Shown here piece by piece: positions 38,125 through 50,959 of a stretch of DNA of 64,000 nt. Made by a program: the position numbers and the translations under genes. The DNA is from Octopus sinensis (Eukaryota), in NCBI RefSeq assembly GCF_006345805.1, contig NW_021833791.1:1-64000 (forward strand), in the 5' to 3' direction. The notes beneath the pieces are model-generated. The model searched no databases and had not been told where the DNA came from. It saw nothing but the letters and a program-made list of their open reading frames with translations. The number at the start of each line of letters is the position of its first letter. Position 1 is the stretch's first letter.

Positions 38125-39583
38125 GCGAGAAAGAAGCAACAAGAATGGATAGGTTTTTAGTACAATCGTTTCATACAAGGACAGGCTTTATTAAAAGTTG
38201 CAAAAATTACAGCATATAAACGTGTCCCGTACTCATCAGCTAAAATACATGTGAGTTCTCTAGACATCCTAGTGGTTGAGGCTATACTCATGAAGTAATG
38301 TAGATAATTAAGTAATTCTATTTCAAAATTAAATAAATAAGGCTACCCCCTCGGTGATAATATGATTATCTTCATTATGATAGACAATCCCCTAACACCT
38401 TGTAAATGATCTTCTAAGATTTGACCTGTAGTCCGTCAATGTATGAATAATAACGGCAACTCCTTAAGACAATAAAATGAATAAATTAAATAAGTAAATT
38501 TTAATGACTTTTTGATAAGATTATACTTAGATTTTCCTAATGTATTTTCTTTTGATTTTAGCATCTGACCCCTAAACCCCTAACTGTGTTATCTCTTTAG
38601 ATCTCTTTAAATTCATAGCTGATTTCAACAGCAATAAATTAGCTGTTTTAACTGGTCAAAGAATAATATTCTCCTCTAGTTCCTAGATGCCTGTAAATTA
38701 AAACCAGACTTGCCGTCTACTAATTCTTCTGTATAACTAGAACCCTCTTTTTTTCTTTTTCTTTTTTCCCTTCTTTCCCTATTTCTTCTCTTTTCTCTTT
38801 TTCTTTTTCTTCTTCTTATTCTCTTTTTTTCTTTCTCTTCTCTTTTAGTCCTCCTTCTTCCCCCCCTTTTTTGCTCCCTCCTCCCTTATTTTCTCTCTTT
38901 TCTTCTATTCCCTTCCCTTTTCTATTCTTTGCCTCTCTAGAAAGCCCTTCAGCCTTTAAAAGTTAAATAGCTACAGCCTCTTGTAAATAGCAGTAATGTG
39001 ATTAATGTGGCAAATACCTAATCATATAACAAGAATTGATACCTACCTCATTGTGTTCAACCATTGATATTTATCGCCTGTGAATATGAAATTCCTCTTC
39101 ATTTCTCTGGAAATTTACATCTACACCACTGGAAATTGTGCATCTATACAAAGGATTAATTCACCCTCTCTGTAATGCTAATAAGCAGGAATTGAGACCC
39201 CTCGTTGTGATTAACAATGGATAAATTTGTCTTCTGTGAGTATGTAATCCCTCATCATATCTCTGGAAATTCATATGTGCACTATGGATTAGGTCACCTT
39301 CTCTGTGATGCTATTAAAACTTTTTAAAAATTCTGTGATAAGACTGTACGTCATCTTTAAAGAACTTTAATGAACTTTGGAAATCTGTTTATGTTACTTA
39401 ATTATCTACATTACTTCATGAGTATAGCCTCAACCACTAGGATGTCTAGGAACTCACATGTATTTTAGCTGATGAGTACGGGACACGTTTATATGCTGTA
39501 ATTTTTGCAACTTTTAATAAAGCCTGTCCTTGTATGAAACGATTGTACTAAAAACCTATCCATTCTTGTTGCTTCTTTCTCGC
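38125..39583. mobile_element. Penelope-like element with ~190-bp inverted terminal repeats, each carrying a hammerhead
   Basis: 38125-38315 is the reverse complement of 39394-39583 apart from one indel. The 1.08-kb interior is unassigned. Confidence 0.8.
39463..39553 (+). ncRNA. Type I hammerhead ribozyme motif (mirror copy at 38155-38245 on the minus strand)
   Basis: TTTTAG-CTGATGA-GTACGGGACA..TGTCCTTGTAT-GAAAC-GATT-GTA-CTAAAA: 6-bp stem I, ~10-bp stem II with one bulge, minimal stem III, GUA cleavage triplet. Confidence 0.75.
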
Positions 39584-39730
<147 letters not shown>

Positions 39731-40559
39731 CATTTATATATGTATATGCATATATGTGTATATATGTGTATGGGTGTATATGTGTCTGGTGTGTATTTAT
39801 GTTTATGTATGAGTGGGGTTTTAGTTGTCGATATATGTAAATCATATTTATATAGACAACTATATAAAGTAGAATTTAGAAATATTAACTTATACTATAA
39901 TTAAAGTAAGGTTAACAATTAGTAAAGAAGATTCGGTTTACGGAACATAATGTCATGCAGTTTTTGTTTGTATACTATTGCTAAGCGTAATAATTTAGAT
40001 TAGTCATTTTGTTTGAAGTGTATTTTATCTACCTCCTACACACACGCAGATTCCTGAAAGCGAAAATGCTCCTAACGGTTTAATAGAGATTTGCGTTTTT
40101 TTATTTACCAAAATGTTGTAACAAGGAACTTTCTCTAAGTTCCCTGATGAAGCTGTTTTCCTAAATGCATTGTATTGATTAATTATTTAATTATTAATCA
40201 TTTAATTATATAATCAAACGGATATGCTCTTGGTAAATTAGCTGAAAGATGTGTCGGATATTTTATTTACTTATTAATCTTTTGTGAACTTTATAGATAT
40301 TAGGAGAAATAAATAATTAATTGCTATACCACTTTTCCATTGTGATCTTTATTTTATGCACATAGACACAGACATATACACATACACACTCAGACACACA
40401 CACACGCACACCACACACACACACACACATACACACACACACACACAATACATATATATATATACACATATGAGGGTTTACCCGAAAGAAACCGGAATTT
40501 TACAATATTATTGTATTCATATAGTTTTACATGTTTACACTTTTATTGCCTTCAAAGTA

Positions 40560-40707
40560 TTTTCTACATTATTTACATTTGGCGGATATTTGATCTCATC
40601 TTGTTTCTTGTTAACACAACGTTTCGGCTGATATATTCTCCAGCCTTCATCAGGTGTCTCGGGGAAATTTCGAACCTGGGTTCTCATTCCTAAGGTATTT
40701 TTCAATG

Positions 40708-40712
<5 letters not shown>
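40560..40712 (-). mobile_element. 3' body of a tRNA-headed SINE (head at 46591-46675)
   Basis: Matches the arms and spacer of 7871-8145 (TTCTCATTC.TAAGGTATTT) and ends in an AATGTAAATAATGTA tail on the minus strand. Confidence 0.75.
40614..40657 (-). ncRNA. Minimal (likely dimer-acting) Penelope-type hammerhead motif
   Basis: ACAC-CTGATGA-A-GGCTG-GAGAATATAT-CAGCC-GAAAC-GTT-GTGT: stem I ACAC/GTGT, stem II 5 bp, palindromic AACGTT stem III. Confidence 0.7.
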
Positions 40713-40792
<80 letters not shown>

Positions 40793-40886
40793 TAGTTTTA
40801 TTTTTATAGCGTGCTTTCACTTCACTACCGAGCGCAGCTCTGTGTGCCTTGGGTATGAGCTGTGATTTGTTGTGATGCTCTGATGG

Positions 40887-43800
40887 TTACTGAATGGAAA
40901 GTGTTCTGCGTAGGATGTGTGCAGTGCCTAGTAGTGCAATTTTCTGTATGTTATATGTGTTTGTAAGTCCTGGTGTTTTTGTTATGTATTTGTCTGAATA
41001 TTTTTTATCATGCCTAATGCACCTACTATGATAGGAATTGTTTCTGTTTTCAGATTCCACATTCTAGTTACCTCTATTTCCAGGTCTTTGTATTTTGAGA
41101 GTTTCTCCATTTCTTTTAGAGACACGTTGTCATCTGCCGGTATTGATACATCAATTAGAAAGCATTTTTTTTCTTCATGATCTCTGACAACTATATCTGG
41201 TCTGTTGGCCTTAATTTCTCTATCTGTGTGTATCGGCATATCCCAGAGTATGGTTGCTTTCTCGTTTTCTGTTCCCTTTTCTGGTGTGTGCCTATACCAT
41301 CTTTTTTCTGTTGTTATTCCATAATGTTGGCATAGCTTCCAATGTATGTAGGTTCCAACTCTGTCATGTCTGTGAATATATTCCTTCTTAGCCAGGACTG
41401 GGCAGCTAGAGATAATATGATTTATTGTTTCTTGTCCATCTCCACATATTCTGCAGTTACTTGTAATATTTCTTTTCATTACATGTTTTTGGTAATTTCT
41501 GGTGGGGAGGCTTTGGTCTTGTGCTGCAATTAAAAATCCCTCTGTTTCTGCTTTGAGTCCTGAGCTTCTCAACCATTGCTGGGATTTTTCTTTGTCTATT
41601 TCTTTTGCGTTTAGTTTAGTGCAGTATTTACCATGAAGGGGCTTTTCTCATGGTTTGTTGCTGTTCTATTTTTTGTTTGGATTTCATTTGTTTTATAGCT
41701 TTTGTTGTTTCTTCATCATCTTCTTCTTTTTCTTTGTGTTTATTAGGTGGTATGATTTCTTGTTTGTATTTGTCAGCTTCCTTAAATACTGAGAACAGTA
41801 TTTTGTTTTGCTCGTGTTTTGCTGCTATCTGGATCAGTTTTCCTTCCTTCTGAAGTAGGTATTTTTGCAGTCCTATGGTGGTTATTTTATAGTAGTTTTC
41901 CAGCTGTATAAGGCCTCTACCACCTTCTATACGTTGTATATATAGTCTTTCTATGTCAGATTTTGGGTGATGCATCCTAGATCCTGTCAGTATTTTTCTT
42001 GTTTTCCTATCTATTTTGGACAGTTCATTTCGTGTCCAGTTAAGCATATTGTAGCTGTAACTTATAACTGGGACAGCCAAAGTGTTGATACCTTTTATCT
42101 TGTTTTTAGCATTGAGCTCTGTTTTTAGTATTGATCTAACTCGTCAATAATATTCTTTTTTTATTTTCTCTTTCATTTGTGTGTGTTGTGTCTTATCTAG
42201 TTCATGGATTCCTAAGTATTTGTAAGTTTGGCTTTGGTCTAATTCTTTTATTTCATTGGTTTTTATCTAGTGTGATGTTGTTTCTCTTAACTAGTTTTCC
42301 TCTTTTCATGGTTACTTTGGCGCATTTTTCTAATCCAAATTTCATATCTATTTCTTTAGTAAATCCATGAACTGTCTTTAATAGTGTTTCCAGCTGTTTG
42401 TCATTTGCAGCGTATAGTTTTAGGTCATCCATATATAAAAGGTGGCTGATCGTTTTGCCGTAACATTTATATCCGCATCCTGTTCTATTTAGCATATCAG
42501 ATAGAGGTGACAGTGCCAAGCAGAAAAGGAGTGGAGAGAGCGTGTCTCCCTGGAATATTCCTCTTCTAATGGGGATGTCTTTGGTTTTCATGAGTCCCTC
42601 TTTTGTTTGGAGGTGTAGGACTGTTTGCCATTTATTCATAGCGTGCTCTATGAATTTTATGATTGTTGGTGCTACTTTGTTAATGGCTAGTGTTTCGAGG
42701 ATCCATGTGTGGGGGATGCTATCAAACGCCTTTTTGTAGTCAATCCAGGCCATACTGAGGCCTTTCTTCTTTCTGTGGCTGTCTTCAGTTACGGCTTTAT
42801 TAATCATTAGTTGATCTTTACAGCTATATGAGCCTTTGTGGCATCCTTTCTGCTCTTCTGGGAACAGTTTGTTTTCGTCCAAGTGCTTGTTCAGCCTTTG
42901 CGATATCACTGCAGTAAATGCCTTGAACATAGTAGGGAGGCAGGTTATTTGGTCTGTAGTTTTCTGGTTTTGCTGTTTCATTTGATTTGGGAATTAAGAT
43001 GGTTTTCCCCTTCGTGAGCCATTCAGGCATTGTCTCTGGCTCTGCTAGTATGTTGTTAAAGTTTTCAGCCAGCTTTTTGTGCATTCCTGTTAGATATTTC
43101 AACCAGAAGTTGGGGATCTTGTCATGCCCAGGTGCCTTCCAGTTGCTTAGTTTTTGCAGTGCCTGGGTGACCTCTTCAGTTGTTATGGGGGTCCAAAGTT
43201 GTTCAGATGCCGCGTTTGTTATTTCGATACTCTTTTTTTTTGGCTCTTCGTTCGCCGACCATATTTCTCTCCAGAATTCTTCCAATTCTTCTGCCGTTGG
43301 TGCTGCAGTGACTTCTATTTTATTTTTGCCCAGTTCTTGGTAGAACTTTTTGGGGTTGGAGTTGAACTTTTTGTTTTGTTCAAAGAAGCGCTGGCGTTTC
43401 TCGTACCGGCGGATCCTTTGTGCTTTGGCAAGGATATCTTGCTTCAGCTTTTCTTTTATCTCAGGCAAATCTTTTTCTGTGATGTTATATTTGCGGAGCA
43501 TTTTTGTTCTCTTTTTGTTGCTCAGTAGCGTTGATTGTTTGCTGATTTCATTAAGAATCGACAGGTCTTTTCTAATTTTTTTTATTTTGTTTTGGATGTT
43601 ATTTATCCACAGGGTTTGTTTGGGTGGTGGTACTTCTGTTTGGGCGGGTTTGGGTGAGTATCCAGCTTCTTTTGTGGCTGCAGTGGCTGCTGCGTATATC
43701 AAGTCATTTAGTTCAGTGATATCACTTTTTTTTGTTTCAGTGGCTATTAGTTCAGTGACGGCTAGGTTTATGCTGTTTATAATTGGTGTTGTTATTTCGT

Positions 43801-44521
43801 TTATTTTTATTCTTGGGAGGTATGGTCGGTGGTCCATTTTGGGCTCTGTGGTTTTCAATTCTTTGATTATTTTATTTTTTATATTATCATAATCATTAGG
43901 CTCCCCTTCGTTGTTTACATCGTGTTTGTTGGGAATGTTGCGTTTGTCTTCGTGTTTTACAGTTTTAGTGTTTATATTATTGGACATTGTTGTGTGGCTT
44001 CTATCTACATTTTCCTGGTGTATTTTTTCTTTTAAATGTTCTATTTCTATTTCTGATATTTTTTTGGCTTTGAGAATGTATCTTCGTACGTTAGCTAATT
44101 TATTAGGGTTCATTGCTGTATCCAAGTCTATATCTCTATTATTTTCCTTCCATATTTTATATGTATGTGTTGTTGTATTTTCATTTTTTGTGTAGAGCAT
44201 TGCTGTGAAGTATGCGTGTAAGATAGAAATGTATTCCTCACGTGTCCATTTACGTCTTTTGGGTTTTATTTGCGGGACATGAGGTACAATGTCCGGCCCA
44301 TTATTTTGACGGTCGTCATTTTCGTAGGGTACCGGTCCGTTTATTTCTGTTGTCACATTATTTCGCACGTGTAGTTTTTCGTACATTTTTTGTTGTAAGT
44401 TTAATGTACGTACCGCTCGATTGTTATTCTTGGGTTGAATAGTATCGGTGACATTTAATTTCTTCGTAGTTCCTTTGTACATGGTGTTTGAGGTCGGGGA
44501 TGATCGTGATGTTCCACGCAT
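40887..44521 (-). pseudogene. Frameshifted RT-RLE polyprotein of element A
   Basis: Collinear ORF pieces 42824-44521, 42253-42981, 41628-42080 and 40982-41572, ending ..TAHILRRTLSIQ at stop 40887-40889. Confidence 0.88.
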
Positions 44522-44722
44522 GTTTACATGTGTTGTGTTAGAGGTGGAGATAATATCGAGTCAAAATACATCATTTCGTTTCGAAAATAGTAATAAATTT
44601 CAATTAGTATTATTTACTCGGATACAGTCCAATTCTTTGTTAGTAAATCTTTGGCTCCATAGGGTGTCCTTGTTTTCGATGTTTGTGGATAGATTTCGGA
44701 GCTCTGTATTTTCCTTCTTACA

Positions 44723-44879
44723 TCTTAAACGTCCCCGGTGTTCTCTCTTAAACGTCCCCGGTGTTCTCTCTTAAACGTCTCCGGTGTTCTCTCTTAAACG
44801 TCCCCGGTGTTCTCCTCTTAAACGTCCCCGGTGTTCTCTCTTAAACGTCCCCGGTGTTCTCCCGTCCCCGGTGTTCTCC
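44723..44879 (-). repeat. 23-bp tandem repeat (AGAGAACACCGGGGACGTTTAAG), about 6 full units plus a partial, at the 5' tip of element A
   Basis: Unit anchors at 44731, 44754, 44777, 44800, 44824 and 44847, with a partial at 44864. Confidence 0.95.
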
Positions 44880-44891
44880 TTATTATTATTA

Positions 44892-44928
<37 letters not shown>

Positions 44929-44952
44929 TATTATTATTATTATTATTATTAT

Positions 44953-46505
44953 ATGTTTGACTTTTGCTTTATATTTGTACAAGTTGGCTCCAAGTCTCAC
45001 CCAGAGACCTCAAGAGACAACAGGTTGGAAGTTCACGTTGAGGTTATGTCTAGTGTGCCATATATTTGGGTTTTTTTTGTGTTGTACTGGTGGATGTCTA
45101 AAAACAAAAAAAAAATGTTTGTTTTAAACCTTGAGATTACATAGAAAGTATTTTGCGTAGGATATGAGCAGTTCCCATGAGCACTATCTTTTGAATTTCT
45201 GCCATTTTGGGGTTTCCTGGTATCTGAGTTAGGTAGCTATCAGCCCTCTTTGCTATTGTTCCCAGGGCACCTATGACAACAGGTATTGTTTTAGTCTTCA
45301 GGTTCCACATTTTGCTGATTTCAATTTCAAGATCTCTATATTTGCTCAGTTTTTGGTAGGTCTTGACAGATACGTTTATATAGATTGGGACAGTCATATC
45401 AATGAGGAGGCATGTTCTTTGTTTGAAGTCTTTCAATATGATGTCTGGCCTATTTGCATCTATCTTTCTGTCAGTTTGAATGGTGAAGTTCCAGAGGAGT
45501 GAGATGTGGTCATTTTCAAGCACTGGGGGCGGTTTGTGTTCCCACCAGTTTTTTTCATGGGGCAAATCCAGGTTTTTGCAGATTACCCAGTGAATATATT
45601 GTGCAGCTCTATCGTGCCTGTTGAGATACTCTGTAGGCGCTAGAAAACTGCACTTGGAGACCACATGATCAATGGTTTCATTTTGTTGCTGGCATACACG
45701 ACACGTTGGACTGCTGCTGATCTTTAATATGTTGGCCTGGTAGTTTCTTGTTGGTAGGCATTGATCTTGAGCTGCTATGATAACCCCCCTCCTGTTTCAG
45801 ATTTTAAGCCAGAGGCCATTAGCCATTGATGGGTCAAGGCTTTGTCAACATCTGCATTATTCGCTCTCTTTGGGTATTTGCCATTGGGGGGTTTTTCTTG
45901 CCATTTATCATTCAGAATATCTAAGGCCGCAGATTTAGCACGGGTTTTCATGCGCTTAGCTTTTTCTGTGCCTGTATCTTGTATGTCTATCTCTAATTCC
46001 GAAATTTGTTGTATTCGGAATTCACTTAGATATTCCTTTGCCTGTTTTGTTACTGAGTATGATGCTTTCTTGTTTTCATGTTTTGAGACAAGTTTTAACA
46101 TCCAGTCCTCAGAGTTTTTCAGGTAGGTGTCTAGGCCAAGTGTAGCAATCTTCATTGTTATTGCCAGTTGTAAAAGTCCACGGCCTCTTTCTTTTCTTGG
46201 CAGATAAAATCGTTCCGTATCTGCCTTAGAGTGGTGCATTCTATGCATTGTCAACAGTTTTCGTATTTTTCTGTCAAGATTACATATTTCAGTAATTGAC
46301 CAGTTAACGATATTGAAACTGTAAGTCACGACTGGTATGGCTAATGCATTGATCGCTTCGATCCTGTTTCTCGCATTCAGCTCTGTCTTGAGTATTGCTC
46401 TTACTCTGCGATAACATTCTCTCCTGATCCTTTCCTTCATCTCTGAATGCCTTATTCCGTCTCCTTCAATTACCCCTAGATACTTGTAGTTCTCGGCTGG
46501 GTCTA
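44953..46505 (-). mobile_element. 5'-truncated R4/Dong element of a second subfamily (element B)
   Basis: ORFs 45775-46440 and 45137-45664 (YLNRHD, LLWNFTIQTDRKIDANRPD, IDMTVP) with a 3'UTR different from element A. (TAA)n on both sides. Confidence 0.9.
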
Positions 46506-46518
46506 ATTATTATTATTA

Positions 46519-46576
<58 letters not shown>

Positions 46577-46590
46577 CATTATTATTATTT

Positions 46591-46675
46591 TGTTCAGGTC
46601 AGGTCACTGCTTGGAATCGAACTCGGAAACTTGGGGTTAGTAGCTCTTAACCAGTACGCCATATGCCCGTGGGCA
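46591..46675 (-). mobile_element. tRNA-derived SINE head
   Basis: Minus strand GGGCATA-TGGCGTACTGGTT (A box)..GAGTTCGATTCC (B box)-AAGCAGTGACCTG, running directly into (TAA)n. Confidence 0.75.
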
Positions 46676-46699
46676 TATGGCATAATGGTTAAATATAGA

Positions 46700-47340
46700 A
46701 CTGGAAACTATTTTCTATTTGAAGCAATGCATCGGTCCAGACGCGTTTTCTACTATTCGGTGCAGTGCTGAAACTCTTGCGAAGTGATTCCTTTTAATGC
46801 CTCCGTTGTTTTATTATTCACTTCTTCCACATCTGCAAATTCCGTAGCACCAAGTTTCGTCACCAATGATGACTTTTCGTTCAATTCGCGACATGAATTC
46901 AGTCGTGTCTGCTTTTTAATTTCCTAGATCAAGCGCAGCACAAATTTTGCTGCAACTCTTTTCATGCGCAGTTTCTCGCTTAAAATTCGTTGGCAGGAGC
47001 TCCAGGACACCCCAATCATATCAACAAGTTCATTTGTTCAGTAATTGTCCCCCAAGGTTAGCTCATGAATTTGTACGATGTTTTCATTTGCTCGGGAAGT
47101 CGACGGTCGTCCTGAATGAGGTTGGTGTTCAGGTGGCAAGTAACCATTCATAACGCCTGGAAACCACTCGTAAACATGTGTTTTGCACATCGCAGCGTCC
47201 TTATAAGCTGTTTGAATCATGACGAATGTTTTGGCCGCCATTTTTCCCGGCAGAAAACAGAATTTCACGAAAGCACGCTTCGCTTCAGCCATCGCAAAAA
47301 TCAACAAACAAGGGTGAAGCACTCCTAAACAAAACCACAC
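46700..47340 (-). mobile_element. Mariner transposase remnant with internal deletion
   Basis: MAEAKRAFVKFCF..VYEWF..SGRPSTS, KRVAAKFV, IIGDETWCYG and C-terminal RLDRCIAS. Confidence 0.85.
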
Positions 47341-47959
47341 TATGTGGAAGTAGGAGTACACTGGACGATGCCTGTCCATAGACTGATGCCTGAGGGTCGC
47401 ACAGAGAACATTTCCGGTTACCTTTGTGTAGGCCCTTGTTGTGTAGCCGTTGTTGGTGACCGGGTGTTGTGTAGTGTTTGTCCTGTCATTTCATTTATAC
47501 TTGCTTGTGGATTCATCATTGGATAATCTTTGCATGTCTCACATCGTCTATAAATACAATGTGCACACGGGGAGAGGCCCTTATGTGTACGTTAGTGCCA
47601 TGGCTGATTCTTTGAAGAATCGATATAGAAATCATGTTTTTAGTTTTAAAAAACTGAACAAGTGACATGTGACATTACTGGCGGATTTTCTCTGGCAACT
47701 GGAAACCGACAAGATTAAATATGAGATTTCATGGTCAATTATAAAATATGAAAAACCCTACAGCACACATTGTAGGACCTGCGGATTGTGCTCTGAAGAA
47801 TTCCTGTCAATTTTGCTAACTAGAAAACGGTCATTCATAAATTAACTGAACAGATTACATGTTATTTACATGCCAGGAAAGCTACCTTCAAATATAACCA
47901 TCAGCACCGAACTGCCATAATCCACATTGAACTGGGAACATCGTCATACATCGCTATGT

Positions 47960-48620
47960 GCCCAGGAACAGGTGTGTGTGCTTTTGTCCATATGCTGTTT
48001 ATTGTTCTTTGCCTGGATGTGTGTCTGAGTAGACTTGTGAGTGTGTGCAATCTGTGTGTGCAGGGACGACGTGTTTCTATACACATGTGTGTGTACTGAT
48101 ATGTGAACTGATGTGTACATGTGTATATCCGTGTATGAACATGTGTGTGTATAATTGTATAAGTAAGTGTACTTGCTTGCAGGCATGTGAGTTTGTGGGT
48201 ATCAATGTATATTTGGATTTGTATAACTTGTGGTTTGGGCGTGATGGGGCACGTGAGTGTGTATGTGTGTGGTGGGGGTGTCTGTGATCATTGCGGGAGT
48301 GTACTTGTGTGAGTGTGTCTGTGGGTGTATCAGTGTGCGTGCGTGCGTGTGCTCCATGGTAGCAGTGCTGATCTGATGTTTGTATGTGTGTGTGGGTAGC
48401 TGAATCTTTATGTCCTGAGGTATGTATCTTTGTGTGTAGGTGTGTTTGTGTACGTGTGTATACTTGTGCGCGTATGTGATTCACTGATATGCATACATGT
48501 GGTGTGTGCTGGCCTGTGTCCACGAGTATAATTGTTAACGTGTGCGTCTGTATGTCTTTGCATTGATTTAAACGTATGAATGTGCGCGGCTGTTTGTCCG
48601 TGTGTCTGACTAACTGTTAA
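47960..48620. repeat. Degenerate TG-rich low-complexity tract
   Basis: Direct reading. Confidence 0.8.
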
Positions 48621-48859
48621 AATATCTCAACGTAACGAAACTCAAATGTAAAGCTCCCAACTTAAAACCTTATTATCCCAATTGAGGAGTCTTCTTTGCA
48701 CTGAGCGTTGCATCTGGTGTCCAAGGGAGCAGTGCATCTGGAAGATTAAACAATTGTTGTGATTTTCGTATACATACATACATATATAATACATAGACAC
48801 ATATATACATATATGTATATGTATATATATATCTATATTTATATCTATATCTAAATCTA

Positions 48860-48894
<35 letters not shown>

Positions 48895-48991
48895 ATATAT
48901 AATATATGTGTGTATATATGTGTGTATGTATGTATGTATGTATGTATGTATGTATGTATGTATGTATGTATGTATGTATGTAGGTAGGTAG

Positions 48992-49022
<31 letters not shown>

Positions 49023-49320
49023 TGTATGCATGTTGTTTGTATGTATGTATATGCACTATTTCCACAGCAACCCAATTAGTAATTATGAAGCTTGAATGTT
49101 TTATTTCTTTAACTTTAATAATATCTGTGATAGAAAATACCGAGCCCAGCCAACACATTTCCAAGAGCTGTAAGTTTTCATGGTGAAAGAGTCACATGTT
49201 AATGGGTTGTATTCAGCTCGAGGGCCACAGTTCAGCCACCCTGCTCTATTGAGCTATTATTGAAGCACCACTGAGTTTTGAAAATAGAAAACAGAAAGCA
49301 CTCGAAGTTAAAATTTCCAG

Positions 49321-49720
49321 AGGCGTAGGAGTGACTGTGTGGTAAGTAGCATTTTTACCAACCACATGGTTCTTGGTTCAGTCCCACTGCGTGGCACCTT
49401 GGGCGAGTGTCTTCTACTATAGCTTCGGGCCGACCAAAGCCTTGTGAGTGGATTTGGTAGATGGAAACTGAAAGAAGCCCGTCGTATATATGTATATATA
49501 TATGCGTGTGTGTGTTTGTCCCCCTAGATTTGCTTGACAACCGATGCTGGTGTGTATATGTCCCCGTTACTTAGCGGTTCGGCAAAAGAGACCGATAGAA
49601 TAAGTACTGGGCTTACAAAAGAATAAGTCCCGCGGTCGAGTTGCTCGATTAAAGGCGGTGCTCCAGCATGGCCACAGTCAAATGAATGAAACAAGTAAAA
49701 GAGTAAAAAGAGTAAAAGAG
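49321..49720 (+). mobile_element. Full-length tRNA-derived SINE with internal TA/TG microsatellite
   Basis: A-box-like TGACTGTGTGGT, B-box-like GGTTCAGTCCC, conserved body and (GAGTAAAA)n-like tail. Confidence 0.85.
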
Positions 49721-50536
49721 AGATTGTCTCTGACAGGTGAGGGAAGAACTCTCCTGTTCAAAACCTATGAGTGTTGTTATCAGGCGTTGGATGGTTATAT
49801 GAAGGTAGGAATGCACTGGTCTTATCAAATGGTCGCTTTTATAATGTGGCAAAAGCATTACTTATAGTTCTTATGAGCTGTTGCGTCTATACATTTTGTA
49901 GAGAAGAGTCACTGCAGCAGTGTGTCTCCCGTGTTGAAGGGATATGAAAGGAAGGTTCACAGGTTTTCTTGATTTCCTTAATATAGTCACGTTTGTATTG
50001 GGGCTCAGACTGTCACAAGAGTATTTCATTTTACCTCAAAGTTGGAATTTCGCTGCTGTATTTCTGCTCTGATTCACATCAATCATTAACCAACACACTG
50101 TTCTTTTCTGTTTTTATTCTCATTCAAATTATGTAAACTCCACCCTTCTTACTATATTCTGTAGTCTGACATAACATACTGTGTTCAGTTCAACTGGTTA
50201 ATCTTCTTTCACTCCTTCTATTTCTAACTAAATATATATTTCTAACTAAATATAGTTTAAATGGATACATATAATAACACTTGTTATATTACAACTTATA
50301 AAACCACTTCGATATGAATACCTTAGGATGTAACTCAATATGGTTCTTAAATTGTTATTTTTCATGTTCTTAAACTGATATTTTCGGTTACTTATATTTA
50401 TGCCAAATATTTATACTACATTCTTTTAATCAAGTATATATATATGTGTGTGTGTGCGTGTCTGTATATATGTGGTGTGTGTGCATGTCTGTATATATGT
50501 GGGTGTTTGTGCGTGTGAGTGTATGTGTGTGCATGT

Positions 50537-50650
<114 letters not shown>

Positions 50651-50926
50651 TAAATTAGAGATAAAACCACTATTAGGCAAATCAAACAGTGAAAATCATA
50701 AACCAAAACATAGAAATAAATTTAATTAATATAATATACAAAATTTAAATTATTTAAATTAAAAGTTAAAAATTTTTTAAATGTTTAAATTATTAATTTA
50801 TACTTATAAATTTATATATATATTTTATTATTTTTTATTTATATATTTATTGCTATTTTTATTTTTATTTATTTAATTATATATATATATATATATATGT
50901 CTGTATGTATGTATATATATAAACCG

Positions 50927-50927
<1 letters not shown>

Positions 50928-50959
<32 letters not shown>

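Larger units (their letters stand above)
40790..44879 (-). mobile_element. Apparently full-length R4/Dong-clade RLE retrotransposon (element A), flanked by (TAA)n on both sides
   Basis: Single disrupted ORF: RRKWTREE N-terminus, RT (WIDYKKAFDSIPH, GIFQGDTLSP, LLYMDDLKLY), CCHC CRICGDGQETINHIISSC, HRHD and RLE NRPDIVV..LIDV..EKLSKY. TTA tracts at 40711-40789 and 44880-44950. Confidence 0.92.

Noticed and set aside
39079-39320. Diverged repeat as C2H2 zinc-finger linker remnants
   Set aside because: The resemblance needs frameshifts in both units and lacks Cys spacing.
44723-44879. CRISPR-like array
   Set aside because: The repeats are contiguous with no unique spacers, there are no cas genes, and the context is a eukaryotic LINE 5' end.
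49725-49860. Possible Penelope RT fragment (DHLIRPVHS)
   Set aside because: A single short motif with no supporting flanking similarity.
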